DNA of 64,000 nt from the human T2T-CHM13v2.0 reference genome, Homo sapiens. The stretch lies in NCBI RefSeq assembly GCF_009914755.1, contig NC_060938.1; one strand, written 5' to 3'. The notes below the pieces were generated by a model, which ran no database searches, was not told the DNA's origin, and saw only the letters and a list, made by a program, of their open reading frames with translations. The number at the start of each line of letters is the position of its first letter. The stretch's first letter is position 1. Positions 1-23,016 of this stretch are shown piece by piece. Both the position numbers and the translations under genes were made by a program.

Positions 1-704
1 GGGGGCCAGACTTCATGTTCCCATCTCTAGGCAATTGTGGTGGCAGCTTTCTATGCCAAGGATCATTGCTATAGCAGTATGTTCTTAAATTTAATATCCT
101 CATTACCCATTGTCCCAACTGGGGCAGTGGTTACAGCTCTTCCTGCAAGTTGGTTTGTGGTACTGTGGAGGCCTGGCTAAGAGCTGCACCTTCATCCTTT
201 CTTAAGATTATGTAAACCCCTAATTTCTATATTAAGTACTTTCCTCTTTAAAACATCCCCAGTAGTTTCTGTTTCTCAACACTGTTTGATAAATTATACC
301 ATATCACTGAAGTGGTGGCTCAAGTATTAGGCAATCAAACACTCATAGCAATCCATGTCCATGAAGATATTTGTGTCTCTCCTTGTTATAGAACATTTGC
401 AACTTATGTTTTTTGTAACAGAAAGCATCTGCATCCATTTCAAAGCCACACCTAGAGAAGACATTAATAACTGCCAACATGTATGTATGGAATACTTTAC
501 AGTTTATAAAATAGTTTCACACACATTGCTTAATTTCATGCTTCTGTGAGTTAAGGCAGGTTTTACAGTGACACAGCTGATGTAGTAGAGTTTTGCTTGG
601 GGTTTTATGATGGTAAAACAGATTTAGAGACTACTGCTGGAAAAAATGTCATGGCTTGAAAATATTATTTAATGACTCATAAATTATGAATCTGTAATAG
701 GGAG

Positions 705-7058
<6,354 letters not shown>

Positions 7059-7847
7059 ATCTAAAGCTGATTTCTGTCCCTGCTAATCCAGCAGGACTCT
7101 ATTAATCAAAAATGGGATTGCACACCATATGGAGTACTCAGAGGCATGCATAGAGGCAAGAAAAGTTCAGGATAAAAATAATCTTCCCATTAATGAAATT
7201 TCAATTTTATTTAGATATCTAAGGAAATCAACTGATAAATAATTTCATTAGAAAGTAGAAGCAAATACATATGAGTTAGAAAAAAATAAAACAAAAAACC
7301 CACTTCAAACTTTTAATTAAGCTACTTTGAGCTATGTCTTAACATTTTTCTTTGCCTAGATTGTCTAGGGGATATGTTTTCGCTTTTCTCTATTGATAGT
7401 TTATATCACTAAAAAACTGGGCCCACCAAAGTGGGCTTACGGTTTAAGTTGCATAGCCAATAAATGTTGGGTTTTTGTAAAATCAGTTTATATTCCCTGT
7501 CCAGGCCCTTCCATAGTGTCTAATGGCACATATTTATGTAACAGCTGATTTGGATAAGGGTCAACTGATACCCACAAAGATTAAAACCACAATTTACTAT
7601 TGTGTTAGTACAGTGTTGAAACCAAATAAAATAACCAGGAGTAAAAATATAACTACTCCTAATAAAATATAGGTTGTAAAAAGTGATTTCCATTATAAGA
7701 AATCTAAAGGGAAAGCCCACTATATAGCTATTGCTTCTGCAGTAATTGTCAAAACACCTCTAAGAGTACATTAACTTCCATGAAATCTAAGAATAATTGG
7801 AATCAATTCTTCAGCAATGAATACAACACACATCAGAATGTCTTTAC

Positions 7848-8014
7848 CTTGCATACTTAGCTGAATAGCCCTGCGGAGATCTGCTTCCTCATCTTCCATG
7901 TCAATTTCTTGGCGACTTAGTGCCAGAGCCCTCTGCAAATCCTCCTCATCTTCGTCTAACATTCCTGAGCCATCATTTGCTTCTAACACTCGTTCCAGGT
8001 CTGTTTTATGGACT
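7848..8014 (-). CDS. ATXN3: Ataxin-3 exon 8 (UIM1 and UIM2: EDLQRALALS, ADLRRAIQLS)
   Basis: 167 nt, ttag|AGT...AAG|gtaaag; peptide in ORF 7771..8109. Confidence 0.99.
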
Positions 8015-8673
8015 CTAAAGAACAAAAGCACTGGTAATAACTGCAACCAATCTTCTATTTTAGACATAACATAAAGGCATTTGTAATGTAAAGGCTTTAA
8101 GTAAGTCAAAACTTAAAATGTTTTCTGGCAAATAAGCTCTAGTAATATAATGATTGTGTTGCAATTTGAATCCAACTAAGTTTTTTTTTTCCGTTTCTTT
8201 TTTTTTTTTTTTTTGAGACAGGGTCTGACTCTCTCGACCAGGCTGGAGTGCGGTAGTGTGATTATGGCTCACTGTAGTCTCTACCTCCCCAGTTTCAGGT
8301 GATCCTTCTTCCTCTGCCTCCCAAGTAGCTGGGACTATAGGCATACACCACCACATCTGGCTAATTTTTGTACTATTTGTAGAGATGAGGTTTTGCCATG
8401 TTGCCCAGGCTGGTCTCGAACTCCTGGGTTGAAGCAATCAGCCTGCCTCAGCCTCCCGAAGTGCTAGGAATATACCATACCAGCTAACTAAGTTAATATA
8501 TTTAAGTATTTCAAAGAGTTGATTCAAGTTTAAACTAATAAACTTCACTAAAATATAAGGTCCAAAATAGAGTCGCCAACAACACAAGGACCACATATTC
8601 AATCTAAGCATGAAAATTTAATTCTCATAATGAAATACTACCATATATTCCATACTGCAGGCCTCATTTTTAC

Positions 8674-8806
8674 CTTTGCTCTTTTAGTTGTGCTAATTCT
8701 TCTCCAATAAGTTTTGGTCGATGCATCTGTTGGACCCTAATCATCTGCAGGAGTTGGTCAGCTTCGCAATCTGGCAGATCACCCTTAACAACAAATATAG
8801 AATAAC
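8674..8806 (-). CDS. ATXN3: Ataxin-3 exon 7 (YSIFVVKGDLPDCEADQ...LKEQ)
   Basis: 133 nt, ttag|GTT...AAG|gtaaaa. Confidence 0.98.
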
Positions 8807-9248
8807 CTAAAAAAAAAAGGCAAAAATCAACCTAACCAGTTAGTAAAGAGATTCAAAATTGATGTAAAACACTAGTAGATAAAAAGGCAGCACAGAACAC
8901 TGGAAAAAAATACAAGCTGAGGATTCAGAAAGACTTTAGTCCAAATAATGATTCTTATACTTACTAGTAAAGTCGTCTAAGGTAAGTTACTTAAAGTCTC
9001 TGAGCCTCACTTTCTCCATTGTAAGACTGGAAGAGCCGTCTCATTGAGTGACTGTGAGAAATAAATATGTCTGTAAAGGGCCCTACTAATATAGTACTTG
9101 ACTGAGCAGGCTACTCACTTACTGTTGTCAGAGTGGGTAACAGCAACTGATTTAGAATCAGACTGCCTGCATCTGATCCCAGTTCTCCCACTTCCTAGCT
9201 GCATTTGTCTTGGTTTCTACTGTTAAACATATGATACTAGTACCTTCC

Positions 9249-9785
9249 TGTGATGGTTAATATTATCAACTTGATTGGATTGAAGGCTACAAATTATTGT
9301 TTCTGGGTGTGTCTGCGAGGGTGTTGCCAAAGGAGATTAACATTTAAGCCAGTGAACTGGGAGAGGTAGACCCACCCTCAAACTGGGTGGTCACCATCTA
9401 ATCAGCTGCCAGCTCAGCTAGAATAAAGCAGGCAGAAATAAGAGTGTGGAAGTACTAGACTTGCTGAGCCTTCATCTTTCTCCCATGCTGGATGCTTCCT
9501 GCCCTCAAACATCAGACTCCAAGTTCTTCATCTTTTGGACTCTTGAACTTACACCAGTGGTTTGCCAGGGGCTCTCAGGCCTTTTGCCACAGACTGAAGG
9601 CTGCACTGTCAGCTTCCCTACTTTTGAGGTTTTGGGACTTGGACTGGCTTCCTGGTTCCTCAGCCTGCAGAGAGCCTATTGTGGGACTTCACCTTGTGAT
9701 CATACGAGTCGATACTCCTTAATACATTACCCTTCATATATACATCTACCTTATTAGTTCTGTCCCTCTAGAGAACCCTAATACA
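9249..9785 (+). mobile_element. Solo LTR, MLT2A-type (HERV-L), inserted into a MIR in ATXN3 intron 6
   Basis: Starts TGTGATGGTTAATA, ends CTAGAGAACCCTAATACA; 5-bp TSD cttcc/cttac. Confidence 0.88.
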
Positions 9786-10087
9786 CTTACTCACAGGGCT
9801 GCTGTGAGGACACAGATAATGTGTGCAATAACTAGTAACATGGCTAAAACTAATCATCTGCGGAAAGAGCTACCCCCACCCTGACCCACACATGTACACC
9901 CCTTGTAACTAAAAATAGGGGCTGGGAAGCCAAATACCTAAAAGCTATTTAAGGTGTCAAACGTGTGGTTTGCATCCCAAAAGAATTACATTAGTCTAGT
10001 GTGACTGTGTCTAAATATGATTCCAGAAATCCAGGGTTTCCCCAAGCTAGATGCTACACACAAAAACCAAGGATGGGCTATACCTAA

Positions 10088-10365
<278 letters not shown>

Positions 10366-10748
10366 TGATCTGCCCACCTCGGCCTCCCAAAGTGCTGGGA
10401 TTACAGGTGTGAGCCACCGCGCCTAGCACATTTTTCTTAAACTTTGGTGTTTGTTATTGGATATCCTTTGTTGGATTAACACATAATGGGACAAAGATTA
10501 TAAGAACTATTAATGGAAAACCTCAAAATAGTATGTTGAACATTTTTTATGAGGACAACTGTATTCAGAGTTTAGACGGTTTAATGTGTTTTCTGCCAGT
10601 AAAATTGTTTCTGTATTGTATAATAAATATGCCAGCTCACCATGGTATTCTATGAAGAGTGTCTGAAGAATGGATACTCTGCCCTGTTCAGGGGCCATGG
10701 TAAAGATCTTGGGTTTTATTCAAGACTTCACATATTTTTTTTTTTTAA

Positions 10749-11018
<270 letters not shown>

Positions 11019-11669
11019 TGAGCCACCAAGCCCGGCCTAAGACTTCAGATTCTAAGTGTGCTGGGAAGCCACTGAAGGACAAAGAGTGAGGGTGGGACAT
11101 AACAGGCCTTACACTGGTTAAGAAGCACTCTGGGCTGCTCTGTCGGTATAATATATAGGAACCAGAGTACAAGAGTCACCCTTATGGAAATGGAAAACCT
11201 GATGGATAGCATGGATAGAGAGAAAAAAATAAGTCTTTCATAGACATGTTCAGTTTGAAACACTTTTTGGATTTCCAAGTGGAGATGCCAAAGCTAGGAG
11301 TTAGTCAAAGCTAGGTGTTCAGGGTAGATGTCAAGACTAAAGATAAAAGTTTGGTAATTATTGACACATAGATCTTATTTACAGATGATATTTAAGATCC
11401 ATGAAAGGAATCTGAAAAGTGCAGGCAGCAAGTTAGGAAAACCACAGCATGGTGGGCTGAAGGCCAAAGGTAGACAGGGTTTCTAAGAAGGGATATCATC
11501 AGGAACCAAGGTTTTAAATATAAAAGAAAAAAGATACAAGTATCTAAAATCAAAGAATTAAAAACCCTATATTCCTAAATGTGAATTCACAATAACTACA
11601 TAACAAACCCAGCAGCAATAAGCATGCCAGCACTCAAATTGTGATCTCCAAATACCATTACTAAAAGAT

Positions 11670-12221
<552 letters not shown>

Positions 12222-12684
12222 TTCAAGAAAAGGAGAAGGCACACTAGAGACAATCCTAAGGAAAAAATAAAAATGGGGAGGCAGCTGGAGTTTCATGGAA
12301 TTAAGAGAGGATTTTTATTTTTAATCAATGGAAATAAAAAGCTTATTTTACTGCTTATAGGAATATTACAAAAAAAGGGGGGGGAACTGATTATATAAGA
12401 GAGTGGAGAGATGAAAGCAGGAACATCTTGAGTAGGTGAGAAGAGCTGGGATCCAGCCCACAAGTGAGGGACTGGTTTTGGTTAGAGGTAGGGGACCATT
12501 CATCTATTTAAATAGGCTCAAAGCACAGGTGAAGATATAAGCAAATTGATAAATTTGCTGGTAGAAAGAACATAATTTTAATTGCTTCTATGTTCTCAGC
12601 AGAATGTAACGGAAAGCCACAAGGAAGGTGTGTAAGGGAGAGGAAAGTGCTTAAAGGTTTAAAGACATAAGCTGTGAAATTAGT

Positions 12685-12770
12685 CACCTTGGAGGGTGGC
12701 ACATTATTTTTTATAAACATCTTGGAGAGTGGTACATAATTTTTTATAAACACCTTGGAGGGTGGTACAT
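12685..12770. repeat. 33-bp minisatellite, 2.6 copies (caccttggagggtggyacatwattttttataaa)
   Basis: Units start at 12685, 12718 and 12751. Confidence 0.93.
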
Positions 12771-13593
12771 CACTAAGAAAACATAGTAGAAATATCAGAC
12801 AGCACTAAAGGCTCATCTGAATTTTGTGATTATAATAAATTTAAAGTAAAACCTTAGCTAGGTGTGGTAGCACAAGCCTGTAGTCCCAGCTACTCAACAG
12901 GCTAAGGCAAGAGAATCACTTGAGCCCAGGAGTTTGGAGCTGCAATGAGCTGTGATTATGCTGCTGCACTCCAGCCTGGGCTTCAGAAATAGGCCTAGTC
13001 ACTTTGATAGATGGATGGGTGAATGGATGGATAGATCATTTAAGAAAAAAGTAAAACCAATCATCATGTTTTATGTTATTTTTTAGCCACGTCCAGCTAC
13101 TCTGGTACAGGAATGGACAAGGCCAAGATGTGGTTTAACCAGGGTTGAGATTTTTGTCATTCAAGTATGATGGAGGGAGAGAGGGGAAACACGTTGAAGA
13201 ATGCAATGGAGTGATTATGATGACGGATTACAGAAAATAAGCAGTAGAAGAAAGGAAGAATGCGTATAAAGGAAATGCTTGGGCCCCACAGTAGGGTTTA
13301 AAGAATGGCTGGAATAAAAAAACAGACAAAACATGGTTTAAAGATAGGAGGTGGTAGTTAAAGAGTAATATGCTTGCAATTGAGATTTGACAGTGGTTAT
13401 GATTACTGGTAATAGCTAAGCAAGAGTAAGTGATTTTGAAACTAAGAGGCAGGTACTGGATTGATTGACGATACAGAAATAATTAAGAATGATAAAAGTA
13501 GTTGAAGTAGAGAAAAAGACAACGAGTCAGATCCTAAAATCACTGATGAAAAGAGACTTGTGGATGAGTGCAAAAGGACAAGGGATAGTTTAA

Positions 13594-13922
<329 letters not shown>

Positions 13923-14281
13923 TTAGGGGCATGTATTTCAAAGAAACTGGAGTTTATAAGGAAGAACAGTGGCCTAGAAGAGGCAAAGAAGAAAAACATC
14001 TATCCCTCCTCTCAGCCGTGTGATATGTGATGTATAAAAGAAAAAGCCATTACTTAGAAGGGCTGCAAAGAAAGCAGCATCCTCAGAAGAGGAAGGGCCA
14101 GGTGTCAGTGAGAACTCTAACTGAACAGCGTCACCCAAATCACAGCCTATCACCACGTCAAAACTAAAGATTGTTTCACTGCCACTGCCAGAAAAACAGT
14201 TTTATCACACTGTCATCTAATGTGCCTGGTTATTTAACTACTTCGAAAGGTAACATTACAAAATGTTCAGCCGTTACTTAC

Positions 14282-14369
14282 CTTCCTGTTGTAATTGAGC
14301 CAAGAAAAGTGCAAGATATGTATCTGATATTAATTCTGGACCCGTCAAGAGAGAATTCAAGTTAAACCA
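14282..14369 (-). CDS. ATXN3: Ataxin-3 exon 6 (WFNLNSLLTGPEL...QQE; catalytic Asn134)
   Basis: 88 nt, ccag|TGG...AAG|gtaagt. Confidence 0.98.
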
Positions 14370-14608
14370 CTGGAAAAAAATTGTCAATATTTAAGTTAGT
14401 GTATATTATAGGTAATAAGGAAGTTTCACATGTTAAGAATAGATACAACCCATCAAAGCTTAGTAAGATTGTTTAAACTCTGGAAATATTTCAAGTTGAG
14501 CTCTTTTCTTTGACTGAATAATATGATCTTAAAAACTACAAGAGAATACTGCAGATTTATCACTATTAAATACTTTTTTTTTTTTTTGAGAAGAGTCTCA
14601 CTCTGTAA

Positions 14609-15093
<485 letters not shown>

Positions 15094-15757
15094 TAGCCAG
15101 GATGGTCTTGATCTCTTGACCTTGTGATCCGCCCGCCTAGGCCTCCCAAAGTGCTGGGATTACAGGTGTGAGCCACCGCGCCCGGCCCTGTTAGATACTT
15201 TTTTAAAAACAACAGTTTGCTTTAAACTATAAACATTAAACCCTCCCAAAAGAATAAAAATGCATAGTCAGTAGTTTAAATGTCTTTATTAATAGCTATA
15301 ATTAAATCTTTTTTCAAAATATCAGTCCAACATAACTCCAATCATATCTATCACACTGATGGGAGGAAAAATGACAACTACACAAAGTTTTCCCATTACT
15401 GATAATTTTTGTCAAAAGATTCCAATTGTGAGAAAGTCAGAAGTTCCAGGAAGAGAATTTATAATTACCAGCTCAGTTTTTAAAAATCACTAAATTAGCT
15501 GGGCATGCAGCTCATGCCTATAATCCGAGCACTTTGGGAGGTTAGCTAAGGTGGGAGGATTGCTTGAGCCCAGGAATTTGAGACCAGCCTGGGCTGTAAC
15601 ATAGTGAGACCCTGTCTCTATAATTTAAAAATGTTTTTAAAAAGCACTATCACATATAACATATAAACACATTTTTTTAAAAGAGATGGTCATCTAGTCT
15701 GGAGTGCAGTGGTGCAATCATAGCTCACTGCAGCCTCGAACACCTGGGCTTAAGTGA

Positions 15758-15958
<201 letters not shown>

Positions 15959-17189
15959 TAATTAACATCATTTATCACTACCACATAGTAATCCTAATTT
16001 AACCCACAAGATACAAAAAGTTTCTAAAGTTAACGATCAATATCATGACCAACTACTTTTCCTGGATTTTGACAATGTTAATACTTTTTCCAGCCTTCTT
16101 TTTCATTATACAGGGACCTCGAGAGACAGAAAGAGTCTATAGTGAAAAATATAGTTTTAAACAAAAATATAAATTAGAACCAAAGAAAATAAACCAAAAT
16201 TTGACATCTTCTGTATTTGTCAAAGATAACGTAATTCAAAATGTGAAAATGCAATTTTGAAGAACTAAAATTTTTTAAATCTCTCAAAATAATAAGATAG
16301 ACATTTATTTGCAAATTAATACAACCTTAAAAATTCAGTGCTTACTTTATACAAAAAAAAGTAAAAAATACTGGATCATAATTTTTAAAAACACATAAAT
16401 AAAACCCAGAGGTTAAATAATCTCAGCAGTACGCTACACTGGTTTTTACCTAGAGGTGATTCCCACTCGCATCAGCCTCTACTGCTGTAAGCTGCCTTTT
16501 TTTTTTTTTTTTTTTTTTGTAGAGACAAGGTGTCACTGTGTTGGGCCAAGCTGCTCTCAAGCTCCTGGCCTCAGTGATCTCCCTGCCTCAGCCTCCTAAA
16601 GTGCTGGGATTACAGGCGTGAACCACTGCACCCAGCTAGCCTCCACTGTAAGCTTCTAGGTTACATCTCCTTAACTTGCTCTTGGCTCCTCAGGAAGAAC
16701 TTTAAGAAAGAACCAACTTAGGGCTCGGCATGGTGGCTCACGCCTGTAACCCCAGCACTTTGAGAGGCAGAGACGGACGGATCACCTGAGGTCAGGAGTT
16801 CAAGACCAGCCTGACCAACATGGCGAAACCCCGTCTCTACTAAAAATACAAAAATTAGCTGGGTGTGGTGGTGCGTGGCTGTAGACACAGCTATTTGGGA
16901 GGCTGAGACAGGAGAATTGCTTGAACCCAGGTGGCGGAGGTTGCAGGGAGCCAAGATCCCGCCACTGCAATCCAGCCTGGGCGATAGAGCAAGAATCCGT
17001 CTCAAAAGAAAGAAAGAAAGAAAGAAAGAACCAACTTAGGATGAAGCTAAGTAGGTGACTTTTCCCAAATTTGATTTGGGTGACTTAAAAGATAACAATA
17101 GGGTTTTTGTTTTTGAATTATCTCTTACAGATTTAATTCAATATATTTTCTTGACTTATACCTTTTTTGGCTTGTATTTACATTTTAAA

Positions 17190-17870
17190 AAAAACAGATT
17201 TATTGGGGTATAAGTGACATATAATAAACTGCACATATTTAAAGTGTATAATTTGAAACTTTTTTTTTGAGACAGGATCTCCTTCTGTCACCCAAGCTGG
17301 AGTGCAGTAGCACGATCATGATTCACTGCAGGCTTGACCTCTGTGCTCCCTCCTCAGCCTCCCTAGCACCTGGGACTACAGCCATGCATCACCACGCCTA
17401 GCCAATTTTTTTTTCTTTCATTTTTTTTTTAGAGATGGGGTCTTGTGCCATTGCCCAGGCTGGTCCTGAACTCCTTGAGCTCAAGCAATCCTCCTGCCTT
17501 GGCCTCCAAAAGTGCTGGGATTACAGGCATGAGCCACTGCATCTGGCCTCTGAAATGTTTTCACATTTGTATACTGTACTCCCATGAAACCATTACTACA
17601 ACCAAGATAGTGAACACATTCCTCATTGCCATGTTTCCCGTGCCTCTCTGTAACCCTCCCCTCTCACTCCTCCATAGCCTTCTCGTCCCCAGGCAACCGC
17701 TGGTCAATCTGCTTTCCATCACTACAGATGAATCTGCACTTTTCTAGACTTTTAATAAATGATACCATACAGCAGGTAGTATTTTGTTTGTGGGTTATTC
17801 TTTCAGCATAATTATTTTGAGATTCATCCATATTGCTGCATGTATCACTAGTTTATTCTTTTTTACTGTC
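17190..17870 (-). mobile_element. Old L1M 3' fragment interrupted by an AluJ (about 17261-17547)
   Basis: ATAAACTGCACATATTTAAAGTGTA...CCCAGGCAACC...TTTTGAGATTCATCCAT. Confidence 0.7.
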
Positions 17871-18632
17871 CTAGCTGGTTTTCAATAACCCTCTTTCAAA
17901 GATTCAAAATTCTAATAACAAGGACGTTAAATGATTGTTTCTTAAAATAGCTTGCTCAAGACATATTTCATGTTTTATTTAAAAAATAGAAGTGATTTTC
18001 TGTAGACGTACATATTACATGGCTTTTGGAATCATAATGAATAATCTTACACTAAAGCAAACATAATTGAATGCTTTATTCATGCTTGACACTATTTCAG
18101 GCTTTGTGACAGCACTATGCTAAATACAAATCTATAAATGTAATAATAAACTGACAGAACATAGTCATCACATAAAAACCCACTTAAAAGTAACCACATT
18201 TGTATTATCTTTAATATAGAATTTTTCTTATGATATAGTTAAATTGCATATACTTGTCACAAATAAATTTATAAGGAAAACTGATATTATCTTTTAAAAT
18301 GACAATTTCTATCTATCAAGAAGGATAAACCATGCTACACACACACACATTACTGGTCAGTTTCCTAATTTTAAAGTCAGCAATCCTTTTTTTTTTTTAA
18401 TTTTTAAATATATTTTTTTTATTTTTATGTTTTATAGAACAGTCTTACTCTGTCACCCAGGCTGGGGTACAGTGACAAAATCATAGTTCACTGCAGCCTC
18501 AAACTCCTGAGCTCAAGTGATCCTTCTGACTCAGCCTTCCAAGTAAGCTGGAATTACAGATGTGAGCCACCATGCCTGGCTCTTTGTTTTTTTTTTTATT
18601 TATTTTTATTTTTATTTTTATTTTTTTTTTAA

Positions 18633-18746
<114 letters not shown>

Positions 18747-18804
18747 TAGTTTTAAATGGGGTACAATATAAGAAAAAAAGACAAGGAAGGGTAAGAAATG
18801 TTAC

Positions 18805-18871
18805 CTGTTTTCCTAATTTTCTAACTGTAAACCAGTGTTCCTTATAATTGCATATAAATGATCTTTCATTT
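18805..18871 (-). CDS. ATXN3: Ataxin-3 exon 5 (NERSFICNYKEHWFTVRKLGKQ; catalytic His119)
   Basis: 67 nt, AG/GT boundaries; peptide visible in ORF 18667..18891. Confidence 0.98.
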
Positions 18872-19298
18872 CTAAAAAAGAAAACACACAATATTAACTT
18901 GAAATATTGAATTCATATTTATGTTGTCTACTGGCAAATATTATATAAAATTTGTGATAATTTAAGATTATATTTATAGTTAAGTGTCACTGATGTTTTT
19001 AAAAGATCACACAACCATATGAACGTCTCTGCAGCAGCTTAGTGATGCTGTGCCACAAGATGGCCTCATGCACCACTTATGGGGTCAGCTCTGTGCTGCC
19101 ACAGACACTGGGGTGCCAGGAAGGCTACAGGGCAGATGCTCATGGACATCACAAAGGTGAAATAGGAAAGTCTGAGTGAATGAAACAGGGAACATCAAAA
19201 CAAAAGTATTCAAAATGTATTTCTCTTCTTTAAGAAATTACAACTTTAAAAATCAAATTTGGGAAAAGAAATGTATGAAATGCAAAACAGAATCTTAC

Positions 19299-19384
19299 AT
19301 AGGATCGATCCTGAGCCTCTGATACTCTGGACTGTTGAACAGGATTAGTTCTAAACCCCAAACTTTCAAGGCATTGCTTATAAC
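19299..19384 (-). CDS. ATXN3: Ataxin-3 exon 4 (VISNALKVWG...RIDP)
   Basis: 86 nt, cag|GTT...TAT|gtaaga. Confidence 0.98.
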
Positions 19385-20798
19385 CTGTTAAGAAAAATAG
19401 CAACTTTTCATAAGCTAAACCACTCCATTCCAAATTTAGGAAGTGTAGCTATGTTAGTTGTGTACTTCATATATAAATTTCTCTAGAAGGCTATAGGTTT
19501 TTTGTTTTTTTTTTTGTGACGGAGTCTTGCTCTGTCGCCCAGGCTGGAGTATAGTGGCACGATCTCGGCTCGCTGCAACCTCCGCCTCCCAGGTTCAAGC
19601 GATTCTCCTCCTGAGGCTCCCGAGTAGCTGGGATTACAAGCACACGCCACCACACCCAGCTATTTTTGTATTTTTAGTAGAGACAGGGTTTCACCTTGTT
19701 GGCCAGGCTGGTCTCAATCTCCTGACCTTGTGATCCACCCGCCTGGGCCTCCCAAAGTACTGGGATTACAGGCATGAGCCACCACGCCCAGCCGGCTATA
19801 GGTTTTAAAAAGTGTGTGTGTATAGATATATCACTAAATCCATAAAAAAAAACACATATATATTAGAAGAGTGCTTTTCATACCAGGTCTCTGAGATGTT
19901 CCAGAAAACCACACAATTCCTAAATAAAACTGCCTCAAAAATCCAGATGTATATTCTACCCATAAGTGCTTTTCTTAAAACTAGTCTACTATATACATCT
20001 GATAATTTGGCTGCTGTGGGTGCTACTTTAGAAAAATTATATTCAACTTGCTACCTGCAATGTCAGAAATCATATCTACCAAAATAAGTTCTCCCTGGGC
20101 ATTTAAACTGAAGGTTCCATAGATGTCAGACTTCTAGGGTCATGGGCTTGCCGCTTGTAGAAAAAACAAAATGCAAACCTGTTTATTTCAATCTGTCTGA
20201 CAAAAAAAGGGAAATTTCTGAAAATTCACTATCTGCCCTCCAAGGTAGCCAACAAAGAAGCAAGTGAGCCAGGTACCAGCAAAGACAGAAATTGAGTGCA
20301 AGGTAGTGGGCACACATGAACAGGCACCAAGAGCAGCAAGGCACAAATAGGAAACGCCAAGTGCTGGGCCTACTCTGGCCTCTGATTTCAGCCCTGCAGT
20401 AGCCATTACCTGTTAGCAGTGGCACGGTAAAGCACTAGATGGAAATGCTGGTGGATGAGGAAGAGTCCAGGAGGGCAGTACAAGGGAAACATAAACAAAG
20501 ATATCTGCAGAGATAGGTCGCTCAGGAGAGGTTCCGAAAGTACTCTGGATACAACTCACAGTGTTAGAAAAAGAATGAAAGACCCACAGATAAAAGAATC
20601 TTGCAAGTACATATATATATAACCACCAAAGAATTCAAAGAGAGCTATACATTAAAAAAAAAAAATCAAAAGCCACAAACCATAATAAGGAAATCCAGTC
20701 TGGTAGGCTGATTTAAAAGGATGGTAGCAAGGTATTGCATTTTCTCAAATTTACCCAACAGATGGTAAGTTTGAGACATTGTGACTTATTAGAATTAA

Positions 20799-21032
<234 letters not shown>

Positions 21033-21349
21033 TGATCCGCCCACCTCGGCCTCCCAAAGTGCTGGGATTACAGGTGTGAGCCACCGCGCCCGGCCAGAAT
21101 TAAGGTTATTATTAGCATCCAGATGCAAATTAATCTTTCTCAAGAAGGAATTTTTAAATGCCCCACTCTAATATGAAGATTCTACAATCCTTTCATGTTT
21201 ATCTATATAAAAATCTAGTACTCTAGTTGGCCAGGTGCAGTGGCTCACACCTGTAATCCCAGCACTTTGGGAGGCTGAGGTCAGGAGTTGGAGACCAGAC
21301 TGGCCAACACGGTGAAACCCCACTATCTCTACTAAAAATACAAATATTA

Positions 21350-21508
<159 letters not shown>

Positions 21509-21645
21509 CTAGTACTCTAGAGTATAATCTATACTCTGTAGACAGAAGAACTTCCGAAGGTCGCCTTGTTACAGTGACTATTGAAAGGCTGTGAAACGGT
21601 GCCTGGGATGTAAGCAACACATAGTACATGCTTGTGACTACTTAC

Positions 21646-21690
21646 CTGAATAGAGAAAAAACCACTGTCATCCATATTTCCAGAAGGCTG
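21646..21690 (-). CDS. ATXN3: Ataxin-3 exon 3 (QPSGNMDDSGFFSIQ)
   Basis: 45 nt, aacag|CAG...CAG|gtaag. Confidence 0.98.
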
Positions 21691-21920
21691 CTGTTAATTT
21701 TGACAGGTAGTTGAAGCAAGGGTGGGGGTGGGGAAAGAAGGATACAAACTGTCATTAGCGTGCATATTTAAAACAATATCTTGTGCATTCCCATTTCCAA
21801 AGTTAACAGCACAGTTATAATTCACCAGTCAGATCCCTATAGGAAGAATGGCCCATCCTTTTCTAAATGGTATCCACATTTTTAAAAGAAATGTAAGCCG
21901 GGTGTGGTGGCTCACACCTA

Positions 21921-22391
<471 letters not shown>

Positions 22392-22446
22392 CTAATATTT
22401 CCAAAAGAAAAAATTAAAATGTGACTTGTTAAACAGAATTGTATAG

Positions 22447-22698
<252 letters not shown>

Positions 22699-22701
22699 TG
22701 A

Positions 22702-23016
<315 letters not shown>

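Noticed and set aside
12685-12770. CRISPR-like direct repeats
   Set aside because: Contiguous tandem units without spacers, in human DNA
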